A DNA stretch of 60,008 bases, filler included, from Sluysia triapertura (GCA_046118255.1; 4 parts of 4 records of this genome joined end to end with filler, not necessarily neighbours in it); one strand, 5' to 3'. Shown: positions 13,064 to 27,634, counted from the whole stretch's first letter. Translations and numbers: made by a program. The notes: a model not told the origin generated them from the letters alone.

Positions 13064-13210
13064 TGTTATACATCATTAAATGGACTGATTGGATTCGAAC
13101 CCTTGTCCTTTTAACTCAGTAAGCTGTCAGCCTCATCTAACAATTTTATTTTATTACAGTCAATTATACTATCATTATTCTAAATGGCATTTTAGGTCTG
13201 TACCTCAAAA
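13064..13210 (-). mobile_element. Degenerate copy of the tRNA-containing TGTT...AACA repeat family
   Basis: TGTTATACATCATTAAATGGACTGA...GATTCGAACCC...AGCTGTCAGCCTCATCTAACAATTTTA...CAATTATACTA...TAAATGGCATTTTAGG aligns by eye with the copies at 56640-57120, 57210-57341 and 57957-58084. Confidence 0.75.
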
Positions 13211-14145
13211 ATGAAATTCATTTTAGTCGAGCTAATGTTACTAATTATCTAAGATATGTCATCAGTATTATGTAACCTTTTACATCAATTATTTAGTAAA
13301 ATTTATGCTTATTGTGTTTCTGGCAATTTTATCATGGTAAAATTTTTGTATTTTTGCATTTCATTAAGTCATGTTGTCATATTTTTCTTGTCGCAAAGTT
13401 TAAAATATGGCACCAGATGTTAAAAAGAAAAGTGCCGAAGTAAAGTTGAGCAATTAAACGCATATTTAAATCAGCGGCATATAAGAGCATAGTAATAAAA
13501 CATAAATCTCTCTGTGAAACTGGTTTAAAAAATTTTGATAATCTCTGAAATTTTTGGAAAGTTATTTGTGTCAATATCAAGAATACCTTATAACAATGAA
13601 TAACTTCGTCGATTACTCCAAAGTCAAAATCATATCATCCTCAACTGAGGCACACAAAAAATACAATTTAATCCATCTCCCATTTCGTCATTGTATAATA
13701 TGATGAATTTAGAAATTTATGTATCGCCACATTTGACAAACTTTTCTTGCGGTTGCTTTAACAAATTTGGTAAACATTAAAACTATTTGAAAAGAATAAT
13801 TTGTGCCTAGCTGCCAGAGACGGTTTTGAAAAACCTCTTTCTCTTGTTACATTTCTATCTCTTGAATTAAGTGGAAATTTGAAAACATATTTTCTCTTCA
13901 AAGATTGACAGTAGGAATATTTTGAAAAAGGTTTTAAAATGTAAAGGTGATCATTGATTTTATTTAAAATGTCATTAATTATTTTTATATTAAATATGTC
14001 TTTCAAAACATAATTGCATATATAACTTTTAAATTATAAATTTTGAAATTTATTTTTTTGAATTCATTTAAGCTTTTAAGCTATTTTCATTTTGTTTAAA
14101 TGTTCAGTTTGGCACATTTTTGAATATTATTAGGATTTTTTAACA

Positions 14146-14532
14146 ATGTATATTGAAAATAGTGATTTAGATAGACAAATTAACCAATTAAAAGAATGTA
14201 AATTAATATCAGAATCTGAAGTAAAAGTATTATGTTCTAAAGCAAAGGAAATATTGATGGAAGAAAGTAATGTTCAAATAGTCGAATCTCCTGTAACAGT
14301 GTGTGGCGACATACATGGTCAATTTTATGATTTAATTGAACTCTTTAAAAATGGTGGTGACATTCCAAATACTAATTATTTATTTCTCGGTGATTTTGTC
14401 GATCGGGGCTTTTATTCAGTTGAAACATTTTTATTATTACTTGCATTAAAAGTACGTTATCCAGATCGCATTACTTTGATTAGAGGAAATCATGAAAGTC
14501 GTCAAATTACTCAAGTATATGGTTTTTATGAT
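14146..14532 (+). pseudogene. PPP4C: Serine/threonine protein phosphatase 4 catalytic subunit, N-terminal 129 aa only; intronless and truncated
   Basis: [65 protein letters not shown] are PP4C-type. Similarity stops abruptly after GFYD (expected ECLRKYG), with no GT donor at the break and no downstream HGGLSP exon noticed. Confidence 0.8.
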
Positions 14533-15143
14533 GCTATATCGAGTTGCAAGGCTGATGTTTTGGACAGTGTGTGTTCGGGTTCCTTGGTCATCGCGAGGCT
14601 GTGTCGATTGAAAATATTAGTCTATAGATTATTCACTTTGCATTCTATGGAAATGTGTGATGCTTTTAATCTCGAATTTAAACACTATGATCGATCTTAT
14701 TATCTTTTACTAAATGTTTTTAGTTTTGAAATTAAATATATTACAGTGTATTTCTATTGTTTCGTTCATATTTTTGCTCTAAAATTTAACCTGCTAAATT
14801 GTTCTAACTACAAGGACCTTAAGTTCATTTTTGTTAATTCTAAATTCGTAAATTTTAATTTTAAAGTTGATACGAACATAACTCGGCCATTACAGTGAGA
14901 CCAGAAAGATAGTTAGACATTGAATGGAAAAGATGAAAATATAATGATTAAAATAGAAAAGGAATATATGCCATTTTACAGAGGGTAATGAATGTGAAAT
15001 TTAGTCTAAAATGATTTAAATAGGTAATTCAGCTGAATGAATATAACTCAAATCAGTTAAAACAAGCTGGTGTGCTTTCTTTGCAATAAATATATCATAA
15101 GTAACATAATATTTAACATAAATAATATATAACAAATTAATAC

Positions 15144-15179
<36 letters not shown>

Positions 15180-15207
15180 CATAATCATAATCATAATAAT
15201 AATCATA
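15144..15207. repeat. (AAT)n/(ATAATC)n microsatellite
   Basis: Direct inspection. Confidence 0.9.
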
Positions 15208-18200
15208 AGCATGTGTGGTGTTTATTACTTAAAAATTAATTTGTATTGAAAACTCGTCAATTATTCTAAATTTAAATTAGACTTATTACTGAAGACTTTA
15301 ATTTTAAACAAATTTTTAAAATATTAATTATTCAATTTTATGACACTTTTACTTTTAATTTCTCTTAAAATTATTTTAGTTTAACTCTGTAACACTATGA
15401 CTAATATCAAACAGTCTCTATTGTAAATCGTCTCTAATGTAAGAGATGACAATGCAAGTAAAATTTAAATTTTCTTCCAAAGTCTCTAAATAAAACGAAC
15501 ATTCTGCAATCTATTTCTAAGATTCTGTCACAACTTAAAAATTCTAAAAAAATATGTTGTAAAGATTTGAAAATGTTAATTTTATTTTAGAATATCGTCC
15601 TAAACAAATAAATTCTTTCCAAATTGTCGATGTCTTCCAATTATCCAATATACTCTCAGCAAATCTTTATAAAATTCTTTCCAAATCTTCGACATATTCT
15701 TCTCACATTTTCAGTACGATTTCTACTATAATGCTTATAGATAAGCAACTTTTTGCATTGAAAAATACCTCCCTATATGAATGCCACATTGTAGACAAAA
15801 ACATCACGTCGTCCACAATGTTATAAATTATTACAAATTTGGTGATATTTTGAGTTATGATGGAAGAACTTATTTTGATTTTGCATGTAAAACATTAATC
15901 GGTTGATTTTTTAAATTTATATTTGTTGAATTATTTTATTGTTAAATCAAGTGGCCCACTAAATTATACATATTTGTGCTTGCCAGGTCTTAAACTCTTT
16001 TATAATTAGGTTAGAACACTTAAATTAAAAATAAAGAAATAAAAAATTAACAATAAAATCTATTGAAAACTTCGTACAAAGCGAAACAAATATTAATAAA
16101 TTGAATTCCATGAAATTTAAAAATCAATGCTTTCTCAAAAGTCAAATTTCTAAACAGCCCTCAAACTTATCACTTATAGAATTCTCAAATCATAAAAACT
16201 CAATATATTTTAATGAAATTACAAATGGTAGTAGCGAAAAGCATTTTAATACATTAATTTCATCGCAATGAAATATTTAACATCAATTTTTGAATTCTTC
16301 TAACTTTAAAGCCTACTTGAAATCATATATCATGTGAGAAACTGTAATCTCATAATATTATGCAAACAATGTTTATAAAAGCTTTCTCAATCAAGTTTTT
16401 GAATATGATTCTAAAATAGTAATTATAAATTTATCAACTTAATCTCTTTTTATTTCTAATATCGATTTTCCCGTCATTCATTTGCATATCATATTGTAAA
16501 AGTAGTTGGAAACACTCTATCATTACTATTCTACATATTTATTTTAATTTAAATTCCCCTATGACCAATTTCTTTTATATTTAATGGATGAATTAACATT
16601 ATAATATGGCCAATTTATATTTATATTAATTATGTAGTGGCATCTCTTACCTTAAGTGTCAAATAAGTAAAATGTAATAAATAATAAACAAACAAAAGTA
16701 ATAGATTTTAAAAAAGGATTTCACGAAGTAATTAACAAAATGTAACCTTCTAGTTTGTTTTCCAACTTTCTTATAGTTGATTCTAATTCTGAAAATTAAT
16801 TTATAAATAATTTTCAATTATTATCATTTATAATTATAATTATTATTTATATCATTATTTATCTAAATAATGGGTAAATACGTATAATTATTCATATTTC
16901 GAAATGAAATTTAAGCTAAAATCGAAATTATCTAAAATTAATTACTTTTGCAATGTAATATTAAATAAAATGCATTAAACATTAACAAAAACATTTCAAA
17001 CAAATTTTATATATGATCACAAAATTCATAATTACCAATAAGTAACTAAATTAAAATATGTACTTTTTAAATTACATCTACACAATATCTAAATTTACTA
17101 ATTACATCAAATTTACTAATTTATTTTAAGATCCAAAATAAATAAAACTCAAAGAAATTTCCATTAAACACTTTCAATTTCACCAATCTTTTATAACTCG
17201 TTCTTTTACACATTTTTCATTCCTTCTCAATCTCCTATCTAACTGTTTTTTTAAACTCACCTTACCTATTATCTGTTTCTTAATATCTTAATATCTTACT
17301 TCATTTTCATTCTACAATTAATAAAACAGTCCAATTTCACTTAGACACATCCAAGATGAGTTATTATAAATGTCGAAACGAGAACCTGAAATGAACATGA
17401 AAATATTAACTTTACAACATAAAGTACCATTGATACAACATGATTTACCAAAGTCTCAGCTGCAGAAGCTGACACACAAATTCGAGAAATAAAAACAAAT
17501 TTCAAACATGAAATGGAGAAAAAAATTGGATCAATGTAAGAAGAAATGAAATAAACGTAGAGTAGAAATTCTCAATTAAAAATTTTCAATACAAAAAGTC
17601 GTTTATATCAGAAATTATTCAACATGATTCTGAAGCAGTATAATACAGAAAGAAATTTGAGAGACCATCTAGAGAGTTTAATTATGGATATGTTTGGAAG
17701 AAATTTATTACATCGAATGAAATTTCGTATAAAGGCAATGTTTTACTCAAAAAACGTGAAGAATTAGAAAAGCAATAATTGGAAATAATTCAATAGAAAG
17801 ATTATCTTAAGTTTCGTCTATAGAGAAAATGTACCAAGAGAATGAATAATATTTAAAGTTATGTATGTCTTTATTTGTATATATTGTCAAATATGTATAA
17901 ATTATATTACTGTAACTTATTGAGTAGCCAATTATTATTCTACTATATATATCTACTACTAAAATTAATAGTCCCACAATACAACGATTTTAAAATTATC
18001 AATATACATTACTGCAATAAGATATAATATTAAATTTAGTACTCACCATAATTATAATAGACAATTTTGGCAACAACTCGTAAAATTTTTCACAACGCTA
18101 TCATATTAAAGTTTATGTAGATAAAATAAAGCTTATTAATGAGGTTATCAAATCGATCAAAAATAACGTTTGTATAAATAAAGTAAAGTGCATCAATGAA

Positions 18201-21200
18201 GTTATCCAATTGAACAAGATTAATGTTTATGTTAATAAAGTTAACCAGATCTTTGAAGAATTACTGTTTATAAACAGCATATGCGTCCACGAAGAGAAAC
18301 CTAAAATAGTTAACGTAATAGAAGAGTGCCACCAGTGTACAGAATTTATAACAGTAACTAATCTATGTTTACAAAATTGGAGTTTAGTTCCAGTTTGTAC
18401 AATATGTATAATGAAGTAATTTATTTTAATTGTGTTCTTAATATCTGTATTTTTCTTTGATTTTTAACGACAACGGTTTCTCAATATGTTTTGTGTTAAG
18501 CTTGATATAAAATATAATAGACTTTACTCATTATTTTCGTTTAATAATTCACAAAGGCCTTGTTGGAAAGTGTTCAATTAATAGTGATATTGCTAAAATT
18601 CATTTTTTTAATTTTAATATTGTACGAATTATTTATTCAATAACCAAGCAATAAATAAAACAAATGCATATGTTGTTTTCGTAGTCCAATTTGAAAAGAA
18701 TTGTAAACATTATAAGGAATCTTTTAATGAAGAAATTACTTTTGATCATTGGAGGAAAAGTTTTTACATGTTTTATGTCAAAGTAATTACAAAATCTATG
18801 ATTACGCCTTGATTATATTTGAAAATACGTTTTATTTGATCGATGCGAATATTTCAAACTTAACAACAATGTATCTTATAATTAGTTCTAAACAAATAAA
18901 AATTGAGATATCATTGTTTGAATTCAAATTCAAAATACCTATTAATCAAGAACAAAGATAATAGAAGACGAAGTAATCATGTCCATTAAAGAAAAAATTA
19001 TGGTTATATTTCCTTGTTCACATTTAAATAATTTATTGAGTTGGATTAGAAGCATGTTTGACAATGCCGAAGGATTCTTATCCAAGTTATCATCTATGAT
19101 ACGAGAAAACCTTTTAGTGTGTGAACCTGATCGAATATGCAATGTTAATGATTAAGTCACTAATGACCGTGTTTTCAAAGTGCAAAAGACGGAAAATATT
19201 TTCCAAGTACAAGAGTAAATCATGATAAATTTTTTTAGAAAAATTTTTACGTTAATTGAATCTAATATGAACAGTAAAGTACATTTTACTGTAATTGTAC
19301 TTTTTATATGTTTACCAAATTCTGAACATAGTGTGCCTAAACCATTTAGATTTCATTGTTTCACTTTTTATATTGTGGGAAAGTGTTTAATAGATATTAG
19401 TTCATGTTGTTTTGGCCTTTTGATTTTGAAGATAATGGACCTTAAGTTCTTTTATGTAATAAATAAATTTTATAATTCCAAATTCAAATATAAATTTTTA
19501 AGCAGTAATGAATTTTGTACAATTTTGTAATATTTTGAAACATTTAATAAGATTAGTTGTAAACACCTTTTTATTTCATTGGCCGCAGTTCTAAAGTATT
19601 CGTTTGAGATCTAGATTCTGTTGCTTTTGATGAAAACAGAAATTCATTAATTTTGTTTGTAAAGACAATGAAGCACTAGATTCAATTTGCAAAGCACCAG
19701 TTTTAACATTCCAGATTTGGATTAAATTAAACAAAATGTTTCCGTGGTTACAAGTTATTCATATGCTTATTACAACTTACAGATCGATAACATGATGTGG
19801 GCATCGAATATAAAAGATATTTTTATTTCTATTTGTACTTCTTCATAAGAATAAATTTATCCTTTAAGATTTGTTCAAAAGAACAAATGAGTGTGAATTT
19901 TTGATTAGAAATATCCATTTTTTGAAATTCAATATGAAAATACCAATTTGGTTTTAGAAATTACAATTCAAAAGTTTGTAATTGATATGTTTAACTAGTA
20001 AAGATAATCTTAAATAAATTTAGACGTTTTAAAAATATTAAAATCAATAATTTCACTAAAGCTGACGATAACTAAAGCGAGTTAGTTAGAGACTTTTATG
20101 TTGTTTCTACATTTATAAAAATAGGTTTGAATACAGTCGACGGTTTCAAAAGACTAGATCTGGAACCGAACATTGGTATGATGACACTTATGAAACGCCT
20201 CGCAACGATAATTGAAACTTGATGCCTCAGTCGTACATCTCTATACATTCACCACATTATGATCTATCTACAAATGGCTTTCTTTTATTCTGTAATAGTG
20301 TTTGTCCATTCTATTATATTACAATTAATCAGCAATCTGCTGATAACCGCATCATCACGATACCAATTATTTGGTTAAGACGCGTACGGATTATGAATAA
20401 AATAAAGTTTGATTATAAATAAATGATAAACATTTCAGATAAATTGGTTGGTCAGTGCATGTTTGAAAATAAAAATTTTCAACATAGTCCTGAAATCAAA
20501 AATAAATCGCAATTTCCCATACGTAAGTGTAAAGGTATGATCAGAATTCGACAGTAACGTTGGAAGAACGAAAAAAGTATAAATTGAAAAAATACTAACA
20601 AGCATAAACCAACACAAATTATAATACGGTAAACATCCATTAGAGAAGAAAATTATAGTTCAGAACCAACTTCGATGTTATAATGTACTCGAACTAAATT
20701 AATTTAGTTAAGAGAAATTTATTTACTATCATTTGCGATTAGACACACAAAAACATTTACAACTCGACTTATTCCATATGTAAATATAATGTTCAATAAT
20801 AATACTTACTAATAATCATTTTAACATTCGAAATTTTAAATTTAATTCTTGAGATCATGTTTTTAAAATAGCTAATTTAAATTGAGATTACGCAAGGTAA
20901 TATAAATTCAAAATTTAGTAACAAATAACAATCATTTTAAATCGAAATTGTATAAATAATCATTTTAAAGTGAGCTTTTATAGAGACAACATGAAATCAA
21001 AATTTATAAACATCAAACCTTACTATCACAGTTAAAAAATCATCTCAAAACAGGATTCAATAAAATAATATGAAATTAAATTTTAAGAACATAATATCCG
21101 ATCAAAATTATTTTACAAACAGGATTTAGAATATTATGTTAAATAAAATAATGTTAAATTAGGATTAAATAGAAATAATATGTAATCAAAATTTAATAAC

Positions 21201-22482
21201 ATTATATTCGATCAAAATTAACTTAAATTAAAGATTACATAGAATAGATAGAAATATGTAATTAAAATTTAAAAGCATTATGATTGACGATTAAATAAAA
21301 ATAAGAAATTAAAATTTAGCATCACATTCACACTAAAAATAATTGTTGTATTCAGTATAATTTGTAAATATTATATCTATAATTTGTAACGTAATTATAA
21401 TTACATAATATGTAACATAATTTGAATACCGTATTTCGGTAACATATTATAATTTGTACACATACTGTAATTCTATAATTTGTAATTATTAAAGTGAACG
21501 ATTATAAACTATTTATAAACTATTTATAAACTACAAATTATAAACTATTTATCATTGACCAGAATAATTGTAATAACGAACAAGAACAAAATTTTACAAG
21601 GCCTAATTTAATTTAATTTGATTCAAGTCGGTACGAAGGATCGGTAACATTATTAATGGAAGACCTGATTTAATTTGATCTTATGCTGTGAATTGATAAC
21701 ATTATTAATTGGAAATGTATTTTAATAAAAGACACTTTCTGTCAATTGATTTACCTTTTTGATGATTAATAATTTCCTTTTAAGAGAATACGATAAGTAT
21801 ATGTTTAGTTTGAATATCAATTTAAAATAAAAAATTTTTTGAATTTAAATCTACATTGTGTTTTATTGTTAACATTGATAAGTAACGTGATAATTTCTAT
21901 TGTATTATTTTTTCATATCGTAAATAAAACTTTTCTAGTTTAATTTTGTTCCACTGATAACTTCTAAAGGGGATTGGAAGTAGAGCAACATAAAGAACTC
22001 AAACTGAAATTAAAACCTTTATAAAGTTTTATAAAACGAAATAAAGTATTAAAAAGCTGCACTTTTTATAAAAAATATTAAATAAAAAGATAAATTGCTA
22101 AGCTCTTCCATCTCGAACAAGTGAGACTTGTTTTTTAATATCAATAATTTAATTAATAAATTACTTAACAATTAAGGTAAACATTGTTAAGAGATAAATA
22201 AGACCTATTTATACAAATATATTGTTTATTCAAAATAAGTTATTAGATTGAATTAATAACATACAATTATTGATAATTTATTTCTTGTTATTTGTTTTTT
22301 AAATAAATACTAAAGTTTTCAATATTTAAATTACAGAAAGTAAAAAAATATCACAAATGTATGGAAATATTCAAGTGTTTTATACTATAAGTTAATATTA
22401 CCTTTAATTTTGGAATCCTTAGTTACTACATCACACTTTAGCATTTCTAATTCAAATTCAGAATCTGAATTACGAATTTATT

Positions 22483-22525
<43 letters not shown>

Positions 22526-23319
22526 TGTAGGGATTCATCACACAATATTCATCACACTTCATCACATAAAAACGCTTCATATGTACAGATTATTAAACAA
22601 ACTACTAAACTCATTCAAAAAACAAACAATCATCGCACATAATTATCTTGAACTACAGCTATTATTATTGCAATTCAAATCGGATTAAACAATATACACA
22701 TATAATAATTATAATGATTATTGTTATATAATATGATTATCAATTAATAACTTTTACAATAGCTTTTATAACAAATTTTATAACAAATTTTATATCAACA
22801 TCAACAAATGTAGTATTAATAAACATAATAACCACGTTATTGTTATTATTATTATTATTATTTCTTTATCCTTATTATTATCAATTTTTTTCTTCTATTC
22901 TTTTGTTTTTCCCCAACATTTTTTTCCCACTACTACACAATATATTTGATCTCGATTCATCACTGCGTAACGATAAATTTTGTGCAGAATATGGTAAAGA
23001 TAGTGTTTTGAAATCACCTAATAAACATGAAAATACCAAAACTAATCCAAATACACACAAAGCAGACAATATCAAGGCTCATAAGGCATCGGAGGAAACT
23101 GCTACGAATAAAATAAATCAATCTAGTACTAATAGAGTTATTTTTGATGAAATATTTTTGTACAGCTCAATTATTGAACCAATATTCTTCAACAAGCTTG
23201 ACATCTGTTATAACACCATATTTATTACAACCATCGAATAACTTAACCTTAAATAAAAACATCTTATCAAATGAAATAACCAACTCGATTAATTTACATT
23301 TGACAGAAATTTGTGTACT

Positions 23320-23694
23320 ATGAGTAGTGCTATGGAAAATGTTATTCATTTAGCCCTTCAATTGGAATCTTCTTGGAAAGGAATTAATTCTGAAGAACTG
23401 GGTCAACTACCAACACATATTTACCAGGAAAAAGTATTAAATAGTTCAAGAAACTCAAACAATCGTGATAAAATTATTGAGTCAGAATCGGAAGCGTATA
23501 CACAAAATAAGTGTATTATATGTTTAGATGAATTTGTGAAAGGGGATTCGTTACAAACACTTGGTTGTAGTCATCAATATCATGTCAAATGTATTGATAA
23601 GTGGTTAAAGATGAATCGTACATGCCCTATGTGCCGCATTGATACGTTAATTGTTTTATCATCAAAATCAGATCCATCCCCTTTCTACTGTTAA
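23320..23694 (+). CDS. RING-H2 E3 ubiquitin ligase, RNF38/RNF44-like C-terminus (small ORF or last exon)
   Basis: Intact C3H2C3 motif CIICLDEF-x9-CSHQYHVKCIDKWLKMNRTCPMCR, preceded by LALQLESSWKGINSEELGQLP (cf. [22 protein letters not shown]). ATG at 23320; a possible splice acceptor TTTGACAG ends at 23306. Confidence 0.75.
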   Translation: MSSAMENVIHLALQLESSWKGINSEELGQLPTHIYQEKVLNSSRNSNNRDKIIESESEAYTQNKCIICLDEFVKGDSLQTLGCSHQYHVKCIDKWLKMNRTCPMCRIDTLIVLSSKSDPSPFYC

Positions 23695-26600
23695 TACATT
23701 GGTTTATGATTGACTTCAAACTACAGTTGATTTCGAATGTTATTGTTTTATCAAGTACCAATGTAACATGGACTTCTGCCTCATTTTTCTAAATGGAATT
23801 ACTTTAGTTATAATGATACATGTATCTCATTACACAATTATTATTATTATTACTATTTGTATGTTATGTATAAGGACGAATGCAGTATTTTTTGGAGATT
23901 AATATTTAATTTTGTTCATAAATGTGATATAAACATATTAATAATCAAAAGGAACAAATGAAAATATATATCGTAAAACTATTATTACACGTCGCAAAGC
24001 CTAAGATTTAACTTCATAAATTAAAATGTGGAATATTGAGTTCTTTTGTACTTTTCATATATTAAATTTCAGTATTAAATTCGTTTCATGAATCCATTCT
24101 GAAATACTAAAATTAGACATTATACTATTTCACATTTAAAATTTGAGAATCATGATATTCTTGATTTTTATTGAATGTAACTGATCATAATGAGCGCTGT
24201 CAATAATGTAGAATTTGATTGTATGATTAATAAGATGTTTTTCCGAAATGCACATTAAAGCAAATAGGAAATGTAATGTATTTTGTATTTGTTAGAAATT
24301 ATGTTAAATGTAACACAATGATGCAGTTATAAAATTATCGTTTATAACTGTAAATATTTTAGTGTATAAATGTGAAATTTTTATCACGATTTATTTCATT
24401 GACTGGTTTAAATAACGCAAAATGTATATTTTAAATGTCATTATTATAGTTACAAAAATATATCAATTATTGATTTTATAATGAAAAAATTGTAAAATTA
24501 TTTCAAGATTTACTTTACTTGAAATAATTGCCAATGAATTTTGGTTATACTATGACTGTATTAAATAATTTAGAACATAGAATAAAATGCTTATACAATA
24601 GTGGATTTTGCAATTCAAACGCAACAGCAATAAGTAAAGATTTAAAGAACAAAGCTACAACTATATTTTCTGAATTAACATAATCATTTGTTGTACTTGG
24701 TACAAATATGATTACAAGATTTATGATGCAATTGAAAACAATACATGAAATAGTATCACATCATTTATTGAACTGGTTGAAAATTTTTGAAGATATCCTA
24801 GTGGATATACAAAAACATGTAATTTTATTATATTTAACTATTTACTTATTTGATTGTTTCTTAATTTTTATAAACAATAAAATGACAAATTTTGTTATAG
24901 TGTTAAATTTTCTAATTTTTACGGGCCTTACACCTATTTTGTTACAAATAGTTAAATTAATGTTGAAACGATTTGGTTCAATTAAAGTTATAAACAATTT
25001 TTATGAAAAATTAAAAAATAATAATAGATTTTACAAATTTGTTTATTTCTTGCCCTCCACACAATCATTTTTCATGTACTATCATTATCACATGCTTTTT
25101 CGTGTGCTTGCATATTTAATGAAATACTTTAAGTATCATAGTAATCCATTTACAAATATCGTACAGAAACGACACTACTATCATTCTTTACACATACCAT
25201 TTATCCGGTTATCATCTGCATTACAATCATTAATACTATTATTTCTATTATGCATATTATCAAAAATTGCATTATTATATCATCGGATGATGACTAGTAT
25301 ATCAACTAGCATCAATACAATGAAAATCGTCATTTTATCGTCGCCATTTTGGAAATTGTAACTTCGTTAATTCTACGTGCAATTCAAGTTAATTGTGAAT
25401 TTAGTAACTGCCACAATTTCGGAATATTCGTCAATCAATTTTGGACGTTATCAATTTTTGGTAAATTATATATTTGTTAAGGGTGATCTTAACTTTTGAA
25501 GTTAAAATCATAAATTCCATTTAAATTTAGTATTAATTTATAAAGTTTTTAAAGTCCCCAATATATTGAGGGGTAAATTCTACGAAAAACTTTATTAGCA
25601 TTAGATTAAACTGTCACGGAGCTTTAATTTTTAAATTATTTATTTTGTTCTTGAAATCTATAGTTTTAAGTGATTTGAATTTTATTGTGTTTTCTAATAA
25701 AAGGATTAGCATTTTTACGTCGTTTAATTATGAAATTAAATGTTAAATTATTGAGTAGAAAAAAGACCCTCTATAATTAATTTGTTTGTTAGAAACGTTA
25801 CTTTTTAAGTGATCTTTTAACTTATTAGTTACCGAAGTGCCAACAATACGTTGTAAGACGTTTACTTCACTATACTTATATCCAATCTAATGAGTAAATA
25901 AAGACTGCATTGTATTTGATTTATGTGAATGCATTTGTGCTACGTTTATCATGATTTTTCTGTTATTAATTATCATAATATTAATTATACAGCCGTATTT
26001 ATTACAAAACAGACGTATACTGTCAGGGAATATCTATTTTAGGAATATATATATACTACATAGAACAATTAAACATGCATGTATCAGTCAAGTATCCGAG
26101 CCATCAAGTTTATGTGCTACTAATATAACTCTCGATGAATGTTAATATAATGAAATAAGCATAAATAAATTAATAAGAAACTAGGCCACTAATAACTTTA
26201 AAAAATTCATATATTTAATTAATATACATATTTAATTATATCTTAATTAACTTAAGTAGTTTCATTAAATAATTAGAAAAAATAAATAATTTAATTAAAA
26301 AATTAGTTACATAGTAAAATGTGATATAAAATTATTTTTCATTTGGTCAAATCAGCTCAACAGATTACTTATGATTGGTTGAGGCCAATTTTAATTAAAC
26401 CATTAATATGATTAATATATAAGAAAATTAAAATGAAAAAGGTATGCTGCTTCTGATCCAAGAATAAAGCCTTTATATATTACCGCATTTTAATATTATA
26501 TTAATATGACATTTTAGGGGATGTCCTATTTTAATCTATCGAAAAACAAAGTTACAAAATAGAGAATTATGAAATTTCTAAACACACAAGAAACATGAAT

Positions 26601-27156
26601 AACACGTTTTATGTTTAAAAATAACTAACTACAAACCATTCAAAAATGACCCTATTGTTGTCCTCTGGAATATCTTGCAAGTCACTGTGATCCAAAGTTT
26701 CTGCGTAGTTTTCATTTAACTGAATTTCATTATTTTAAGTCATTATCGCTGATATTATGCAGCAAAAGAGAAATGCTTTGATAATTACTAGTAAAATCTT
26801 ACTGGAGGATTGACTGACACTAAAAAAGTGAACCAAAAAGCTTCGACAATGAAAGTATCTCAAAATTTATTGTAATTTAAAGCTAATTGTGCTTTAAATA
26901 CAGAGGTATGTATTGAAGAATGCACTGAACACCATCTCAAGACATTCACTGACTTGTGTAAATAATTTTATGATAATTTTATGTATAAAGATGTACAAAG
27001 ATAAATTGTAAATAATAATGAAAATATTTTAATTTAAAAAGTTTTAATAGTAATAATAATAATCTTTGTAAATAATAATAATTAATCTTTGTGAGTAATA
27101 ATAAACATGATAATAATAAAATTAAATAATAAAAGTTTATATAAACATTTTTAATT

Positions 27157-27534
27157 AAACGGATATTAACGATGTGGTGTTTATTTTATTTATGTTTAAT
27201 TATTACAACATTTTAATCAAAACGGATATTAAAGTTTATTTTATTATTAGTAATCAAAAAGGATATTTATAATTTAAAAGTTTATTTTATTATTAGTTAT
27301 TAGTCAAAACGGATATTTAAAAATTATGTCAATTAATAAATCATTATATTATTTTTCGCAAATTTATATAAAATCGGATATGGAAAAATATATATAAAGA
27401 CAGTGAAAAGATTTAGTCTAATAATTGAAAAAGTTTATTGGAGCGATTTATTGTCAAGAATTTGTGGAGCGATCTATTGTTACGATTTAAAGGAGCGATC
27501 TATTGTTACGATTTAAAGGAGCAATTTTATTGTC
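27157..27534. repeat. Five dispersed AAACGGATAT-type motifs, a TATATATAAA box, then a 26-bp tandem repeat running into a gap
   Basis: Motifs at ~27157, 27220, 27257, 27307 and 27371. GGAGCGATCTATTGTTACGATTTAAA-type units start at 27440, 27466, 27492 and 27518. Confidence 0.85.
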
Positions 27535-27634
27535 NNNNNNNNNNNNNNNNNNNNNNNNNNNNNNNNNNNNNNNNNNNNTTAATTAATTAANNNNNNNNNN
27601 NNNNNNNNNNNNNNNNNNNNNNNNNNNNNNNNNN
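27535..27634. other. Assembly gap with linker
   Basis: N44-TTAATTAATTAA-N44. Confidence 0.95.

Noticed and set aside
17351-17380. AAGATGAG...TCGAAACG resembling a Penelope-type minimal hammerhead ribozyme
   Set aside because: The CUGANGA core is not intact and I could not assign stems I/III.
24708-25361. 217-aa hydrophobic ORF
   Set aside because: No motif recognised; the F/L/I/Y/K composition is what AT-rich non-coding or decayed DNA yields.
27440-27534. CRISPR-like array (also 47896-48007)
   Set aside because: Head-to-tail tandem units with no unique spacers, no cas genes, and a eukaryotic context.
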